A stretch of DNA of 64,000 nucleotides from an uncultured bacterium. Lineage in GTDB: Bacteria; Omnitrophota; Gorgyraeia; Ghiorseimicrobiales; Ghiorseimicrobiaceae. The stretch lies in the NCBI GenBank assembly GCA_913009335.1, contig CAJVXN010000002.1, positions 11,981 through 75,980 on the forward strand, read 5' to 3'. The notes below the pieces were generated by a model. That model had not been told where the DNA came from and made no database searches. It worked only from the letters and a program-made list of their open reading frames with translations. Shown piece after piece: positions 1 through 10,014 of the stretch (its first letter is position 1; every line of letters begins with the position of its first letter). The position numbers and the translations under genes were made by a program.

Positions 1-270
1 TTTTTATCTTTGATAGTAAATTGCGATATTTTGCTCGTAGCCGTTTTATATCTTTGTATTGCTTAATAATTTTTAGGTCAACTTTCTTGCCTTGATAAAT
101 AAATTTTACCCTACCCTTTTCTCTTAAGACAATGTAATAGTACTCATGATTTTTAATTTTCTTTTTAATAAGGCTTCCTTTAGGGAACTTGCTTAGCTCT
201 TCTTCGTACTTTTTTTGAATTTTAAGAGAGTTTTCTAATTCTTCTTTTAGAACTGGTTTAATTGCCATCA
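1..270 (-). CDS. hypothetical small protein, partial (C-terminus runs off the window start); start ATGATG at 265-270
   Basis: Open minus-strand frame from ATG at 270 to the window edge (MMAIKPVLKEELENSLKIQKKYEEEL...). A sigma70-like promoter lies upstream on the minus strand (TTGACA, 17 nt, TATATT around 300-345). No recognisable family. Confidence 0.4.
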
Positions 271-559
271 TTGATCCTTTCTAAGTTTACCACACAACTA
301 TGTTCTATTAATATATAATGTATGGTAACAGATGTCAAATAAAAAATACCATACAAGTAGTATTATTTAAGGTACTGTATGGTATAGTACTGCATGGTAT
401 GGCGTATGCGCAATGTAAGTATATTGCCTTAAAATTTAATCCTAATAGTGCTTTCTTGGATTTTTTTAGTGTTGTTCTGTGGTGTGTTGGCTGATTGGCT
501 ATGGGGGTCAATTAGCGCTTTCTTTGGTATTAGACATGGAGAAAGTTTCTGGTTCCTTA

Positions 560-600
560 GATAACCTTACATTTCCGCATTGCGGAAATGTAAGGTTATC
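560..600. other. 20-bp perfect palindrome (GATAACCTTACATTTCCGCA t TGCGGAAATGTAAGGTTATC) immediately 3' of the amidohydrolase stop; hairpin family ATAACYTTACATTT
   Basis: Inverted repeat read directly from the sequence. It shares its stem sequence with the hairpin at 5795-5833. Confidence 0.6.
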
Positions 601-613
601 TTGGTTAAGGGTA

Positions 614-1525
614 TTAACTCTTTGTAATTAAGCTATTTATGTTTTTACCCAGTATTTTATCTTTATCAACTTCCTCTATATTAAGGCTTTTGACTGTATC
701 GATGGATGCGTTAATATTTATGTTGGCTGGATAGTCTGAACCCCAGAGTATTCTATCCTGTGAGAAGAATTCAAGCGCGAGGTTAAATAATGAGGCTGAT
801 TTTACTCCACTGGTATCTACATATACATTGCTTAAGATATCGGTTGGGTTTTTACCTAAATCTTTTACAAATCCCCTGCTACGTAACATGTGATATGTGG
901 AATCAAATCTATCTTTTAAAAATGGTGTTACGCCCGCAAAATGCGCAAAAACGAATTTGACATTAGGGAATTTCCTAAAGGTTCCGGACATCATCATTTT
1001 CCCCAGGCACATTGTTATATCAAACAAAAATTCTATTACCGGCATAAGCAGTGGATCTTTTACCCGCTCAAAACCAATAGGGTTTGATATTTGCGAGTGT
1101 ACGAAAACAGGAAGATTTAAGTTTTCTGCTTCCTTATATATAGGGTGAAACGCCTCTTCGTCTAAGAATTTACCTTCAAAACTTGATGCAAGCGATATTG
1201 CGTCTAATCCCAGGTCTTTAATATGCGCAAGTTCGTTAATCATTGCGTCATTATTATCTATGGGTAAGATGCCTGCTGTAATGAAGCGGCCGGGGTGATT
1301 TTTGCTAGTCTTTGCGATTTCCTCGTTGTAGATAGCACTTACTTTGTCTCTTCCTCTCATATTTAGATGCGCATCACTTGTGGGATATAGGAGAACGGAT
1401 TTTTCAATGCCTGCCTCATCCATTGCCTTAAGCTGCGCGGTAATATCTGACCAGCGTACCTTAAAGAAGGTGGTGTTTTGCGCAATTTTATTAGGAAGCC
1501 AATGTGAATGACTATCAATAATCAT
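614..1525 (-). CDS. amidohydrolase family 2 (ACMSD-like metal-dependent hydrolase)
   Basis: N-terminal MIIDSHSHW motif and overall TIM-barrel amidohydrolase_2-like sequence. Confidence 0.6.
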   Translation of the reverse strand: MIIDSHSHWLPNKIAQNTTFFKVRWSDITAQLKAMDEAGIEKSVLLYPTSDAHLNMRGRDKVSAIYNEEIAKTSKNHPGRFITAGILPIDNNDAMINELAHIKDLGLDAISLASSFEGKFLDEEAFHPIYKEAENLNLPVFVHSQISNPIGFERVKDPLLMPVIEFLFDITMCLGKMMMSGTFRKFPNVKFVFAHFAGVTPFLKDRFDSTYHMLRSRGFVKDLGKNPTDILSNVYVDTSGVKSASLFNLALEFFSQDRILWGSDYPANININASIDTVKSLNIEEVDKDKILGKNINSLITKS

Positions 1526-1552
1526 TAGTGTCCCCTTATCTTTATTATTCTC

Positions 1553-2164
1553 CTACTGGGTCTTAATTAGTTCTACATTATCAACGTAAAATGTGCCTTT
1601 AGCCTTAGCAATAGGCTCAAACTGATAGCTTTTGACAGGAAAGTCTATTATTCCGTTTACATCAGCTGTTGCCGGCTGCCAGTCACTTCTTGCGAAAAAG
1701 TCCTTTAGGGGACAAACGATTTGTTTCCAACCACTAAAGTCGTCCGTAAATATAAATCGCCACATCTCGTCCGTATTATCTTTAATGTCTATGGAAACCC
1801 TTGTTTTTGAATTACTCCCGTATATATAGAATGAAAAAGCATCGAAATTATTCCATTTTATCTTTGTGTGTTTAACCAGCCAGCTTGAATTTTTAGCATC
1901 TAGTTCGAATCCTCTGGCAATCCACATATATCCCCCGCCTATCGCGTCATAGGCAATCTTAAGTGATTGATTCCCTTGATATTTTATATCTTTGCTTGCT
2001 GTAACATCAACTGATGAGCCTTCTCCTGAGCCAAAATCAACGGTGCCTTTAGCTCCTCCGGATATTTCTCCTTCAAAATCATCAATTAATAAAGATTTAT
2101 TTTGAGCGCAGGAACTAATCCCTACGCATAATATAAGTACTAAAATTAAATTTACCGCTTTCAT
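1553..2164 (-). CDS. secreted lipoprotein, unknown function
   Basis: Signal peptide plus lipobox (LCVGISSC), 203 aa. Confidence 0.5.
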   Translation of the reverse strand: MKAVNLILVLILCVGISSCAQNKSLLIDDFEGEISGGAKGTVDFGSGEGSSVDVTASKDIKYQGNQSLKIAYDAIGGGYMWIARGFELDAKNSSWLVKHTKIKWNNFDAFSFYIYGSNSKTRVSIDIKDNTDEMWRFIFTDDFSGWKQIVCPLKDFFARSDWQPATADVNGIIDFPVKSYQFEPIAKAKGTFYVDNVELIKTQ

Positions 2165-2210
2165 CTGTCTTAACTCCTTTCAGTATATTATAAAATTATT
2201 AATAGTTGAG

Positions 2211-2990
2211 TTATTTATCCGGGTGAGCTTGCTTAAACGGTATTACGGGTTTTGTCCATGGAGTTTGTTGATTAATTACCGATATCTCCAACGGGCAGAC
2301 ATTTGCCGGTACATTTAAGGCAAATATAATGGCATCTTCTATCGCCTTTGTCGTCATGAGCCGTGATGTGTCTCCGGTTATTTCTTTTAATTTTCCTGTA
2401 AGGTCAGTATCTGTTACGCCGGGAAGAATCGAGGTTACTTTTATTCCGTGATCGCGCATTTCCCAGAAAAGCCCTTTGCAGAACGCGCGTAATCCAACTT
2501 TTAGCGAGCTGTAAACAATAAAGTTACGCGGTAAGGGGTCACACAGGGTTGAGCCTGAAACCATATTGATAATCGCGCCCGATTTATTCGCTATCATATC
2601 GTTTATTACAAGGCGGATTAGACGTACGTATCCAAGATAGTTCGTATGGGCAAGCCTTTCAAAATCCTCGATAGGTTGTTTCTCAAACGGCGATTGACTG
2701 GATACGCCGGCGTTATTGATTAGAATATCAAGCTTTCCGTATTTTTTTTTGGTTTTATTATATAGATTTTCAAGATCAGCTAATTTTGTAACATCGGTTC
2801 TCACGGCGAGTACCTCTACCTTATGAGTTTTTCTTATTTCATCCGCTGTTTGATTAAGCGGTCCTTCGCTACGTGCCGCAAGAGTTAAGTTTATTCCTTC
2901 ACGGGCAAGTGCTATAGCTATTGCTTTACCTATACCTCTGCTTGATCCTGTTATGATTGCGCTTTTGCCTTTTAAATCGCTCATATTCAC
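2211..2990 (-). CDS. SDR family oxidoreductase (ketoreductase-like, FabG/ActKR-like)
   Basis: Cofactor motif TGSSRGIGKAIA and NNAG; SDR length. Confidence 0.7.
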   Translation of the reverse strand: MNMSDLKGKSAIITGSSRGIGKAIAIALAREGINLTLAARSEGPLNQTADEIRKTHKVEVLAVRTDVTKLADLENLYNKTKKKYGKLDILINNAGVSSQSPFEKQPIEDFERLAHTNYLGYVRLIRLVINDMIANKSGAIINMVSGSTLCDPLPRNFIVYSSLKVGLRAFCKGLFWEMRDHGIKVTSILPGVTDTDLTGKLKEITGDTSRLMTTKAIEDAIIFALNVPANVCPLEISVINQQTPWTKPVIPFKQAHPDK

Positions 2991-4114
2991 CCCTCTATTT
3001 TTAATAATTTTTTTGATGATAGTGATAAAATTAATAAGGCTACTCCCACGCCTATAAAAGTAAATGCGAAACTTTTCTGCATCATAAATCCTCCCAGGGC
3101 AGCCCCTACCCCGCCTGCTAAGAAACGCACCGAACTGTTTAAGCTGGCAATTTCCTGTGTATATAATTTTGGCAGGTCCGTTAGATAGGTTGAGAGGCCC
3201 GAATGATTAATTGTCCAGCCTAATCCCCAAGCAAACATAATCAGCCCAATGAACAATATTTTATTAGTAATGGATAAAGAAATAAGCGCTATTCCCATAA
3301 TCAGCGCTCCGGCTGAAAGAGTAACCAGGCGTCCTTTTTTATCGGAAGATATCCCTCCGAAGAATTCCCCAAAAATACCGGCAAAGCTTACTAATGTAAG
3401 CAGCATGCTGATGGTAAATTTCGAAAATTCATGCTCAATATGGAAATATACTCCCATCCATTGGCGAACTAAATGATATAGCAGGCTTATAAAAAAGATA
3501 TAAATAAACACTCGCAGTATCTTTTGGTTTTTAAATGCCTGGATGTATCTTGATTTATGCCCGTCAGTTTCGATATTGACTTTTTCAAATAGCAGTAAAA
3601 CTAAAATTGCTGTGACAGCGGCAAGCATCGCCGGAATGAGGAATATAAATCGCCACTTAATTATTCCGGTTAAAAATAATCCGCATAGTGAAGATATAAA
3701 CGTGATACTAAAAAATGTTCCTACGGCCTTCCCTCGATTTTTAGCCTCAAAGGTATGCGAGATGTAAATTAAAGCTAGAGGTATTACAGCTGAGGCAAAA
3801 ATACCAGACATGATGCGGAAAATAAATAGGCTGTTTAACCCTCCAGCAACAGATGAGAAAAAGCTAAATACCGAAAATAGACTTAAGACTACAACTAAAA
3901 TATGCTTTATATCGACTCTGCGCGATAGCGGGCCATAAAAAAGAGCGCATGCCCCATAGGGTATCATATAGGCCCAGATGATTCTACCTGCCGCAAAATC
4001 TGATACATCCATTGTTTTTGCAACGGATGGTATAAGTGCCGATATTGCGGCAACATTAAAAGAAATAATAGTTCCTAGTAGGCAAAAAATCCAGTAGTTG
4101 GTTTTTCTAAGCAT
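2987..4114 (-). CDS. MFS transporter
   Basis: About 12 predicted TM helices, 375 aa, MFS-like charge motifs. Confidence 0.6.
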   Translation of the reverse strand: MLRKTNYWIFCLLGTIISFNVAAISALIPSVAKTMDVSDFAAGRIIWAYMIPYGACALFYGPLSRRVDIKHILVVVLSLFSVFSFFSSVAGGLNSLFIFRIMSGIFASAVIPLALIYISHTFEAKNRGKAVGTFFSITFISSLCGLFLTGIIKWRFIFLIPAMLAAVTAILVLLLFEKVNIETDGHKSRYIQAFKNQKILRVFIYIFFISLLYHLVRQWMGVYFHIEHEFSKFTISMLLTLVSFAGIFGEFFGGISSDKKGRLVTLSAGALIMGIALISLSITNKILFIGLIMFAWGLGWTINHSGLSTYLTDLPKLYTQEIASLNSSVRFLAGGVGAALGGFMMQKSFAFTFIGVGVALLILSLSSKKLLKIEG

Positions 4115-4117
4115 TTA

Positions 4118-4239
4118 CCCCGTTAGAGATAGGTCGTCTTTAGACGACCGTCTATCTATCGTAAAATTAGTTGATAAAGCTTGCGTTTCTATAATTGTTA
4201 ATCCCGTTTGATATGCCTTAGGCGTTATCTCTAACGGGG
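4118..4239 (+). repeat. TIR-bounded intergenic repeat element, copy 1 (CCCCGTTAGAGATAGG-hairpin GGTCGTC/GACGACC ... TATCTCTAACGGGG)
   Basis: 14-bp terminal inverted repeats and an internal hairpin read directly. The left end lies 4 nt upstream of the MFS start codon. The right TIR encodes the last 7 codons and the stop of the SRPBCC gene. Confidence 0.8.
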
Positions 4240-4685
4240 TTTACCTTCGCGTTCGCCTCTTTTTCTATTATGTCTTTAAAGATCTTTAGGTTTTCCTGTG
4301 AATGTTTATTTATAAATCCTTCTACCTGCTTGTCATTGTATTTGGCTTTTTTGTCCATGGTGAAGTGTTGTATCCATGTCATGATTACACCGTCGTTAAC
4401 GGGGGTGTAGAGCCAGATGATTTTCATGTATTCAAACGGAAATTTTGGGTCTTTTTTTTCAGCGTAGGCTAGATGATTATCACGAAATAGCAGGCGAAAT
4501 GATTGCCAGGAGTTTCCTTCGTCGTCTGTTAGGCGAAAAGTAAGCTTATTCCCCTCTTTTTTTAAAATCGCGGCCTCTTTATATTCTGAGCCAAATAGTT
4601 CCGTCCATCGGGGAATATCGTTTGAAATATCAAATATTGTTTCATAAGGCGCGTTAATCAATATGGAATTGCTTGTGTGTCCCAT
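4218..4685 (-). CDS. SRPBCC / polyketide cyclase-aromatase-like protein (Polyketide_cyc2-like)
   Basis: 155 aa with an N-terminal pattern typical of the Bet v1-like polyketide cyclase family. The C-terminal 7 codons derive from the repeat element. Confidence 0.55.
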   Translation of the reverse strand: MGHTSNSILINAPYETIFDISNDIPRWTELFGSEYKEAAILKKEGNKLTFRLTDDEGNSWQSFRLLFRDNHLAYAEKKDPKFPFEYMKIIWLYTPVNDGVIMTWIQHFTMDKKAKYNDKQVEGFINKHSQENLKIFKDIIEKEANAKVNPVRDNA

Positions 4686-4723
4686 GTTTTCTCCCTTCGG
4701 TCGAAAAGTTTACAGTTAACAGT

Positions 4724-5521
4724 TTACAAAGTTGCTATCACTCTTGCCCAGGCAGCGCCGGTTTTACGAATTTTTACCGGGAGACAATGCACTTTAAATC
4801 CGTGATCAGGTAATTTATGCAGGCCGCCTAATCTTTCGATATGTATAAATTCTCGCTTTCTTCCGTAAAAATGCGCCGGCCAAAGTACGCTGGGGTCGTT
4901 ATTCTTCATAAATTCCTTTATCATGAATTGATACGGCCTGTCTATTCCCATAGTATCAACACCGAAAATTTTAATACCATTATCTAAAAGATAGTCGATT
5001 GCCGATATATCTACTGCCGGATAATCGGAAAAATAATCTTTACTGCCGAATAGCTTATCCCTTCCGGTAAAAAGCAAAACAATATCCAGCGGCTTTAGCC
5101 GGTAATTTATTCTTTTTAATTCGTCCTGGACGTCTTTCTTTGTGATTGTTTCCCCTGATTTTTTATGGTAGAAGTTAAGCCGCACACCATCTGAGATGCA
5201 CCATTCTAAAGGAATTTGATCAGATGTCTTCGATGCTCTTCCTTCGGATTTGCTTCCGTAATGATAGGAGTAATCAAGGTGGGTTCCAATGTGTACCGGT
5301 GAATGTACCACTTCAAGAGATAGGAATTCTTCATCGGGTAGGTCGTTCTTTTTTATAATGCGTTTACCCAGTAGATACTTTATTTTTCCGGATAAACTTT
5401 TACAAAGTAGGACCTTGTTTAGTTTTTCAATACCGTCTTTATGAGATACGCGGGTGATATGCATATCGTGTACTTCAAAGGCTGTATCGTCAATTGCAAG
5501 GCTTAAGTCTATAATTTTCAT
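4724..5521 (-). CDS. cyclase-family protein (PF04199-like putative cyclase / kynurenine formamidase-like)
   Basis: HIGTHLD metal-binding motif characteristic of the cyclase family. Confidence 0.55.
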   Translation of the reverse strand: MKIIDLSLAIDDTAFEVHDMHITRVSHKDGIEKLNKVLLCKSLSGKIKYLLGKRIIKKNDLPDEEFLSLEVVHSPVHIGTHLDYSYHYGSKSEGRASKTSDQIPLEWCISDGVRLNFYHKKSGETITKKDVQDELKRINYRLKPLDIVLLFTGRDKLFGSKDYFSDYPAVDISAIDYLLDNGIKIFGVDTMGIDRPYQFMIKEFMKNNDPSVLWPAHFYGRKREFIHIERLGGLHKLPDHGFKVHCLPVKIRKTGAAWARVIATL

Positions 5522-5764
5522 TTAGCTAAGCTTTGATCGTATGATGCTGACAATTTCATTGATTGAGTTAAGCTTTGTTACTTCCTTTGCGGATATCTGG
5601 GTATCAAAAGCTTTAGAAAGGGCAATTACAACCTCCACCATTTCTGTTGAATCTACTCCCAGACTATCGTATAGTTTTCCCTCTGGTTTTAGCTCTTCGG
5701 GTTTAACCCCCAGACTTTTAACTATAGTATCGTTTATTTTTTGTTGTATTTCGGCTGTTTCCAT
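5522..5764 (-). CDS. acyl carrier protein
   Basis: 80 aa with the LGVDSTE phosphopantetheine-attachment motif. Confidence 0.8.
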   Translation of the reverse strand: METAEIQQKINDTIVKSLGVKPEELKPEGKLYDSLGVDSTEMVEVVIALSKAFDTQISAKEVTKLNSINEIVSIIRSKLS

Positions 5765-5794
5765 ATTGTACCCCTTTTTTCCTATAATTATCGT

Positions 5795-5833
5795 ATAACT
5801 TTACATTTCCACCTTGTTAAAATGTAAAGTTAT
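5795..5833. other. intercistronic hairpin (ATAACTTTACATTT ... AAATGTAAAGTTAT) between the rSAM stop and the ACP start; same family as 560-600
   Basis: 14-bp inverted repeat with a 12-nt loop, read directly. Confidence 0.55.
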
Positions 5834-5858
5834 TTTAATTATCCTCTATTTTCCAATA

Positions 5859-7319
5859 TTAAATATGCACTTCTCCCTTTGTTGCTCCTGCCTCCCATTT
5901 GTCTACACCGCGCATTACATCCTTAAAGCAAAGCTTTGCCAGTTCGTCAAAATCGCTTTCCAGGATTCTATGGATTCTTCCCGGTTTTGAAAAGAATTCG
6001 CGCATACACCATGAACCGAGTTCGCCCAATTGCTGTATTGAGAGGTGATTTGTCGGCATGACAGGATGCAGAAAATCCCATTTTAGGAAATCAATTTTTT
6101 CAGGCTCAATCCAGTTTTTCTTCATGCCCATTCTCCACATTGGAGAATTTGGAGAGGGTGTTACATAGCCTATCCATAAGATATCAGGGTCGACTTGATC
6201 GGTAAATTCGTATCTTTGTTTTATGATCTGTTCATTGTCGTCTTCAAAACCCATCATTATATCGGCAACAACTGCGATATTGTGCTTGCGTAGTATATCG
6301 ATTGTCTTTTTAATTTGATCAATAGTGATTCCCTTGGCTATTTTTTTCAATTCCTCGGGGGTGGTTACTTCAATACCGAATACACCGGTAAAAAGTCCTG
6401 TTTCTTTCATTAGCGGCAGTATGGGTTCGCAGTTTATCCAGTCGATTGCCCTTCCTAATGATACCCATTTAATGGGATTGTTGTGCGCTTTTTTCAGTTC
6501 ACAGAATTTACGCACTCTTTCAGGATTAGTATTAAAATTATCGTCCTGAAGAACTACTACCTGTACGCCATATTTTTTATGTAAGAGATCAAATTCTTCC
6601 ATTACGCGCTCAGGTGATTTTGCCCGCCATTTTAAGAAGTCTGAAGGGCTCCTGGGGTCATATTGGTCCCATTCATAGCAGAATGTACATGCTGAAGGGC
6701 ATCCGCGGGATGTAACCATATCTACAAATGGTTTCCAGTGTGTATGTCCGACGTATTTATCCATGGGGAATAAATCGTACGCGGGAAGCGGGAGTTTGTC
6801 TAGGTCCATGTTAAGCGGTCTATATGGCCCCATTACAGCTTTGCCATCTACTCTTGCAGCAACTCCGGCTACCTTTGATATATCTTTGTTTTTATCGATT
6901 GCGGCAATCAGGTCGCCGAATGCTTCCTCTTCCGACATAACTATGTAATCAACTGCCGGGTTGGCGTCCAATGTCTGTGTGGGCATTGCTGAATACCACA
7001 GGCCTCCTAATATTATTTTTACCTTAGGCAGAGTTGCTTTTATTTGTTTGGCTGCTTTATTGAAATGCGCAACTACCGCATAACCTCCGTAGGAATGAAG
7101 CTGTTCACCCATAACTATTAAATCAGGATTTTTCTCTTTTATTTTTTCGAGCATTTCATCCATTTCGATTTCGAGGGCCTTGCAGTCTAGAACTTCTAGA
7201 TCTTCATATCCGTTTTCTCTGATAAATGCTGCCCAGTGCGCGTATAATTGATTAGGCGAAACATGTTTTCCGTGTGTTGCCCATGAACCTACTTTTGGCA
7301 TAACAAATAAAATCTTCAT
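5859..7319 (-). CDS. B12-binding radical SAM protein (class B radical SAM, methyltransferase-like)
   Basis: N-terminal B12-binding-like domain plus the CxxxCxxC motif (TSRGCPSACTFC). Confidence 0.7.
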   Translation of the reverse strand: MKILFVMPKVGSWATHGKHVSPNQLYAHWAAFIRENGYEDLEVLDCKALEIEMDEMLEKIKEKNPDLIVMGEQLHSYGGYAVVAHFNKAAKQIKATLPKVKIILGGLWYSAMPTQTLDANPAVDYIVMSEEEAFGDLIAAIDKNKDISKVAGVAARVDGKAVMGPYRPLNMDLDKLPLPAYDLFPMDKYVGHTHWKPFVDMVTSRGCPSACTFCYEWDQYDPRSPSDFLKWRAKSPERVMEEFDLLHKKYGVQVVVLQDDNFNTNPERVRKFCELKKAHNNPIKWVSLGRAIDWINCEPILPLMKETGLFTGVFGIEVTTPEELKKIAKGITIDQIKKTIDILRKHNIAVVADIMMGFEDDNEQIIKQRYEFTDQVDPDILWIGYVTPSPNSPMWRMGMKKNWIEPEKIDFLKWDFLHPVMPTNHLSIQQLGELGSWCMREFFSKPGRIHRILESDFDELAKLCFKDVMRGVDKWEAGATKGEVHI

Positions 7320-7333
7320 TTTTCTTCCTCCTT

Positions 7334-8566
7334 TTATTTATTCTTTTCGATTATCAGCGCTGAATTTATCCCGCCTCTACCGCGCGAGATTATAAGCGCC
7401 TTATTTATTTTATGCTCACTTGCCTCTTTTTTAATGTAATTTAATCCGTCAGGATCAGGATTATCTAGATTTATCGTTGGGGGAATTAAGCTGTTTTGCA
7501 TTGCCAGTATTGTAATGATTAAGTCTATCGCTCCGGAAGCGCCCAGTAAATTCCCAAACATCGATTTTGGACAACTAGCAGGTATGTCTTTTGATCTTTT
7601 ACCAAATACTTCTTTTATTGCCGCGGTCTCACCTTTATCCCAAATATCAATTGCCAAACCATCCAGGCTTATGTAATCTATGTCTTTTGGATTTGCTTTC
7701 GCGTTAATTAAAGCTGTTTTTATTGCTCTGGCAAGTTGAACTCCTTTGGCATCAGGGGTAATTCTGTTTTGTCCGTCACAATTTGAGGCATATCCTGATA
7801 TTACAGCGTTTATATCAGCGCCTCTTTTTGTAGCGCGCGCGAGGCTTTCTAAGACCATTATTCCTGCGCCTTCGCCGATTACGAAGCCGGATTTTTCTTT
7901 ATCAAATGGCCTATAAGCGCCTGGAGGGTTTTGATTGTTTTCGGATAGCCCGCCATAAGTGTTGCAGCACAAAAGAGCATAGGGTGTAACAGGCGCCTCC
8001 ATGCCTCCGGCAAGTATCATATTCAGCTTGCCTTTACTTAAGGTTTTATTTGCGTATCCTATTGCTTCAAGAGAACTTGCTCTATCAGCAACGATAGTTT
8101 TAGAGAATCCCTTTATGCCGTAATATATAGATACTTGTCCTTGCGGAGCTGCCGGAAACCAGGCTGATGCCATATAGGGTGATACACCATCACGGCCCTC
8201 AATATACATATCTCTTAATTCTGTTTCCGCGTATAACCATCCGCCTAACGCATTGCCCAGGAATATTCCTACAAGATTAGGGTCCTCTTTGGCTATGTCA
8301 ATTCCCGCATCTTTTAAAGCAAGCTCTGAAGCGATTAGCGCCATATGCGAAAAAGCATCTATTTTTTTAAGTAGTCGCTCGGAAACATGTGAATATTTTT
8401 CAAGTTCCTCGATTTGTCCGGCAATATGTGACGGGTACTTTGAACTATCAAAGCGCGTGATTTCTTTAACAAAAGATCTCCCTGCTTTAATATTTGCCCA
8501 GAATTGTCTTTTGCCTATGCCGCTTGGGGCAACTACTCCTAATCCCGTAATTGCGATTTTTTCCAT
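7334..8566 (-). CDS. beta-ketoacyl synthase-like protein lacking the catalytic Cys and His residues (chain-length-factor / KS-beta-like partner)
   Basis: KS fold (GLGVVAPSGIG N-terminus). Aligned against the adjacent KS, Cys becomes Arg (IVADRASS) and both His are lost (ISLDG, MFGNLLGAS). Confidence 0.6.
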   Translation of the reverse strand: MEKIAITGLGVVAPSGIGKRQFWANIKAGRSFVKEITRFDSSKYPSHIAGQIEELEKYSHVSERLLKKIDAFSHMALIASELALKDAGIDIAKEDPNLVGIFLGNALGGWLYAETELRDMYIEGRDGVSPYMASAWFPAAPQGQVSIYYGIKGFSKTIVADRASSLEAIGYANKTLSKGKLNMILAGGMEAPVTPYALLCCNTYGGLSENNQNPPGAYRPFDKEKSGFVIGEGAGIMVLESLARATKRGADINAVISGYASNCDGQNRITPDAKGVQLARAIKTALINAKANPKDIDYISLDGLAIDIWDKGETAAIKEVFGKRSKDIPASCPKSMFGNLLGASGAIDLIITILAMQNSLIPPTINLDNPDPDGLNYIKKEASEHKINKALIISRGRGGINSALIIEKNK

Positions 8567-8571
8567 ATTTA

Positions 8572-8695
8572 CCCCGTTAGAGATAGGTCATCTTTAGATG
8601 ACCGTATGTTAAACTAAACTTATTAAACTAAACTTGTTTTTTTATAATTATCTGTTTTCCCGTTATCAATGATGGTGTTGGTATCTCTAACGGGG
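8572..8695 (+). repeat. TIR-bounded intergenic repeat element, copy 2 (hairpin GGTCATC/GATGACC)
   Basis: Same TIRs as copy 1. The hairpin carries compensatory substitutions. It lies 6 nt upstream of the KS-beta-like start codon. Confidence 0.8.
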
Positions 8696-8707
8696 TTTAA
8701 TTCCTTG

Positions 8708-9967
8708 TTATTCAAATCTCCTTAGCACTAAAGATGAATGTACTCCGGAGAATCCGCTACTTGTTTTTAATATTGTATTTACCTTTTGTTTTCGGGCAAC
8801 GTTCGCGATATAGTCAAGGTCGCACTTTGGATCGCGTTCATCCTGGTTTATCGTCGGCGGCAGGATATTATTTTGGAATATCATGGCGCAAATTACAAGC
8901 TCTATTGCGTTTGCCGCGGCCAATGGATGGCCGATCATTGATTTTAGTGAACTAGAAGGTATCTTGTAGGCATAATCACCGAATACCATCTTATAAGCAT
9001 CGGTTTCAAATACGTCGTTCATGCGTGTGGAAGAGCCATGAGCGTTGATATGATCTACTTCAGTGGGTTTTATCCCTGAATCTTTTAATGCTAAATTTAT
9101 GCAGTTTGCCATGGACGTGCCGTCACCCGGCAAGTCTGTCATATGAAACGCATTGCAGCTTGTACCAAATCCTAAAATCTCCGCGTAGATAGGCGCGCTT
9201 CTTTTTTTAGCGTGATCTAATTCTTCCAGGATTAGAATGCCCGCGCCTTCGGATAAAACAAAGCCATCGCGTTTGTTGTCAAATGGACGGCTGGCAGCTT
9301 CGGGGTTATCATTTTTAACAGATAAAACATTTACTACATCAAAGGCCCCGAATGTTATAGGTGTAATGGGTGCCTCGGATGCTCCGGCAATCATTATATC
9401 TGCTTCGTTATCCTGTATCAATTCTAAGGCGTATCCTAATGAGTCTGTTCCGGCTGTACATCCTGTTGAAATGGTGTTACATACACCTTTTAATCCGTAT
9501 TTTGCCGAGAGTTCTATTGAAGGGGTATTAAACATAGATGCGTCATAAAGATCTGGCCGTACCTTGGATGGGTCAATTGGATTCTTGCCATTGTCGGTAA
9601 CCATGGCAAATTCCTCTTCCATGTATTTTGTGCCGCATATCGCATTGGCAAGAGATACTCCTATGCGTTCAGGGTTCTCTTTTGGGAAATCAAGAGCGGA
9701 ATCCTCGATGGCCATCTTAGCTGATGCAACAGCAAACTGAACGTATCTATCCATACGCATTACGTCTTCATGTGTTAGTCCTAATTTAAACGGATCAAAA
9801 TCACGCGCTTCAGCAGCAATCTTGGTATTAAAAATCGATACATCAAAACCGTCTACTAATTTTACGGCTGATTTTCCCGATATGAATGCCTGGTATGCGT
9901 TATCTTTTCCTATGCCATTTGGGGAGATAACCCCAATTCCAGTTATAACTACGCGTCGTTTCTTCAT
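8708..9967 (-). CDS. beta-ketoacyl-ACP synthase (FabF / KS-alpha-like, catalytically complete)
   Basis: Active-site STGCTAG, INAHGSST and MIGHPLAAAN motifs are present. Confidence 0.75.
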   Translation of the reverse strand: MKKRRVVITGIGVISPNGIGKDNAYQAFISGKSAVKLVDGFDVSIFNTKIAAEARDFDPFKLGLTHEDVMRMDRYVQFAVASAKMAIEDSALDFPKENPERIGVSLANAICGTKYMEEEFAMVTDNGKNPIDPSKVRPDLYDASMFNTPSIELSAKYGLKGVCNTISTGCTAGTDSLGYALELIQDNEADIMIAGASEAPITPITFGAFDVVNVLSVKNDNPEAASRPFDNKRDGFVLSEGAGILILEELDHAKKRSAPIYAEILGFGTSCNAFHMTDLPGDGTSMANCINLALKDSGIKPTEVDHINAHGSSTRMNDVFETDAYKMVFGDYAYKIPSSSLKSMIGHPLAAANAIELVICAMIFQNNILPPTINQDERDPKCDLDYIANVARKQKVNTILKTSSGFSGVHSSLVLRRFE

Positions 9968-10014
9968 AATTATTCAGTAACCCTATATGTTTTTCCAAAA
10001 ATATAAATATAAAG

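Noticed and set aside
560-600. Rho-independent terminator call for the 20-bp palindrome (and for the 5795-5833 hairpin)
   Set aside because: No U-run follows on the gene strand. Kept only as conserved hairpins of uncertain role.
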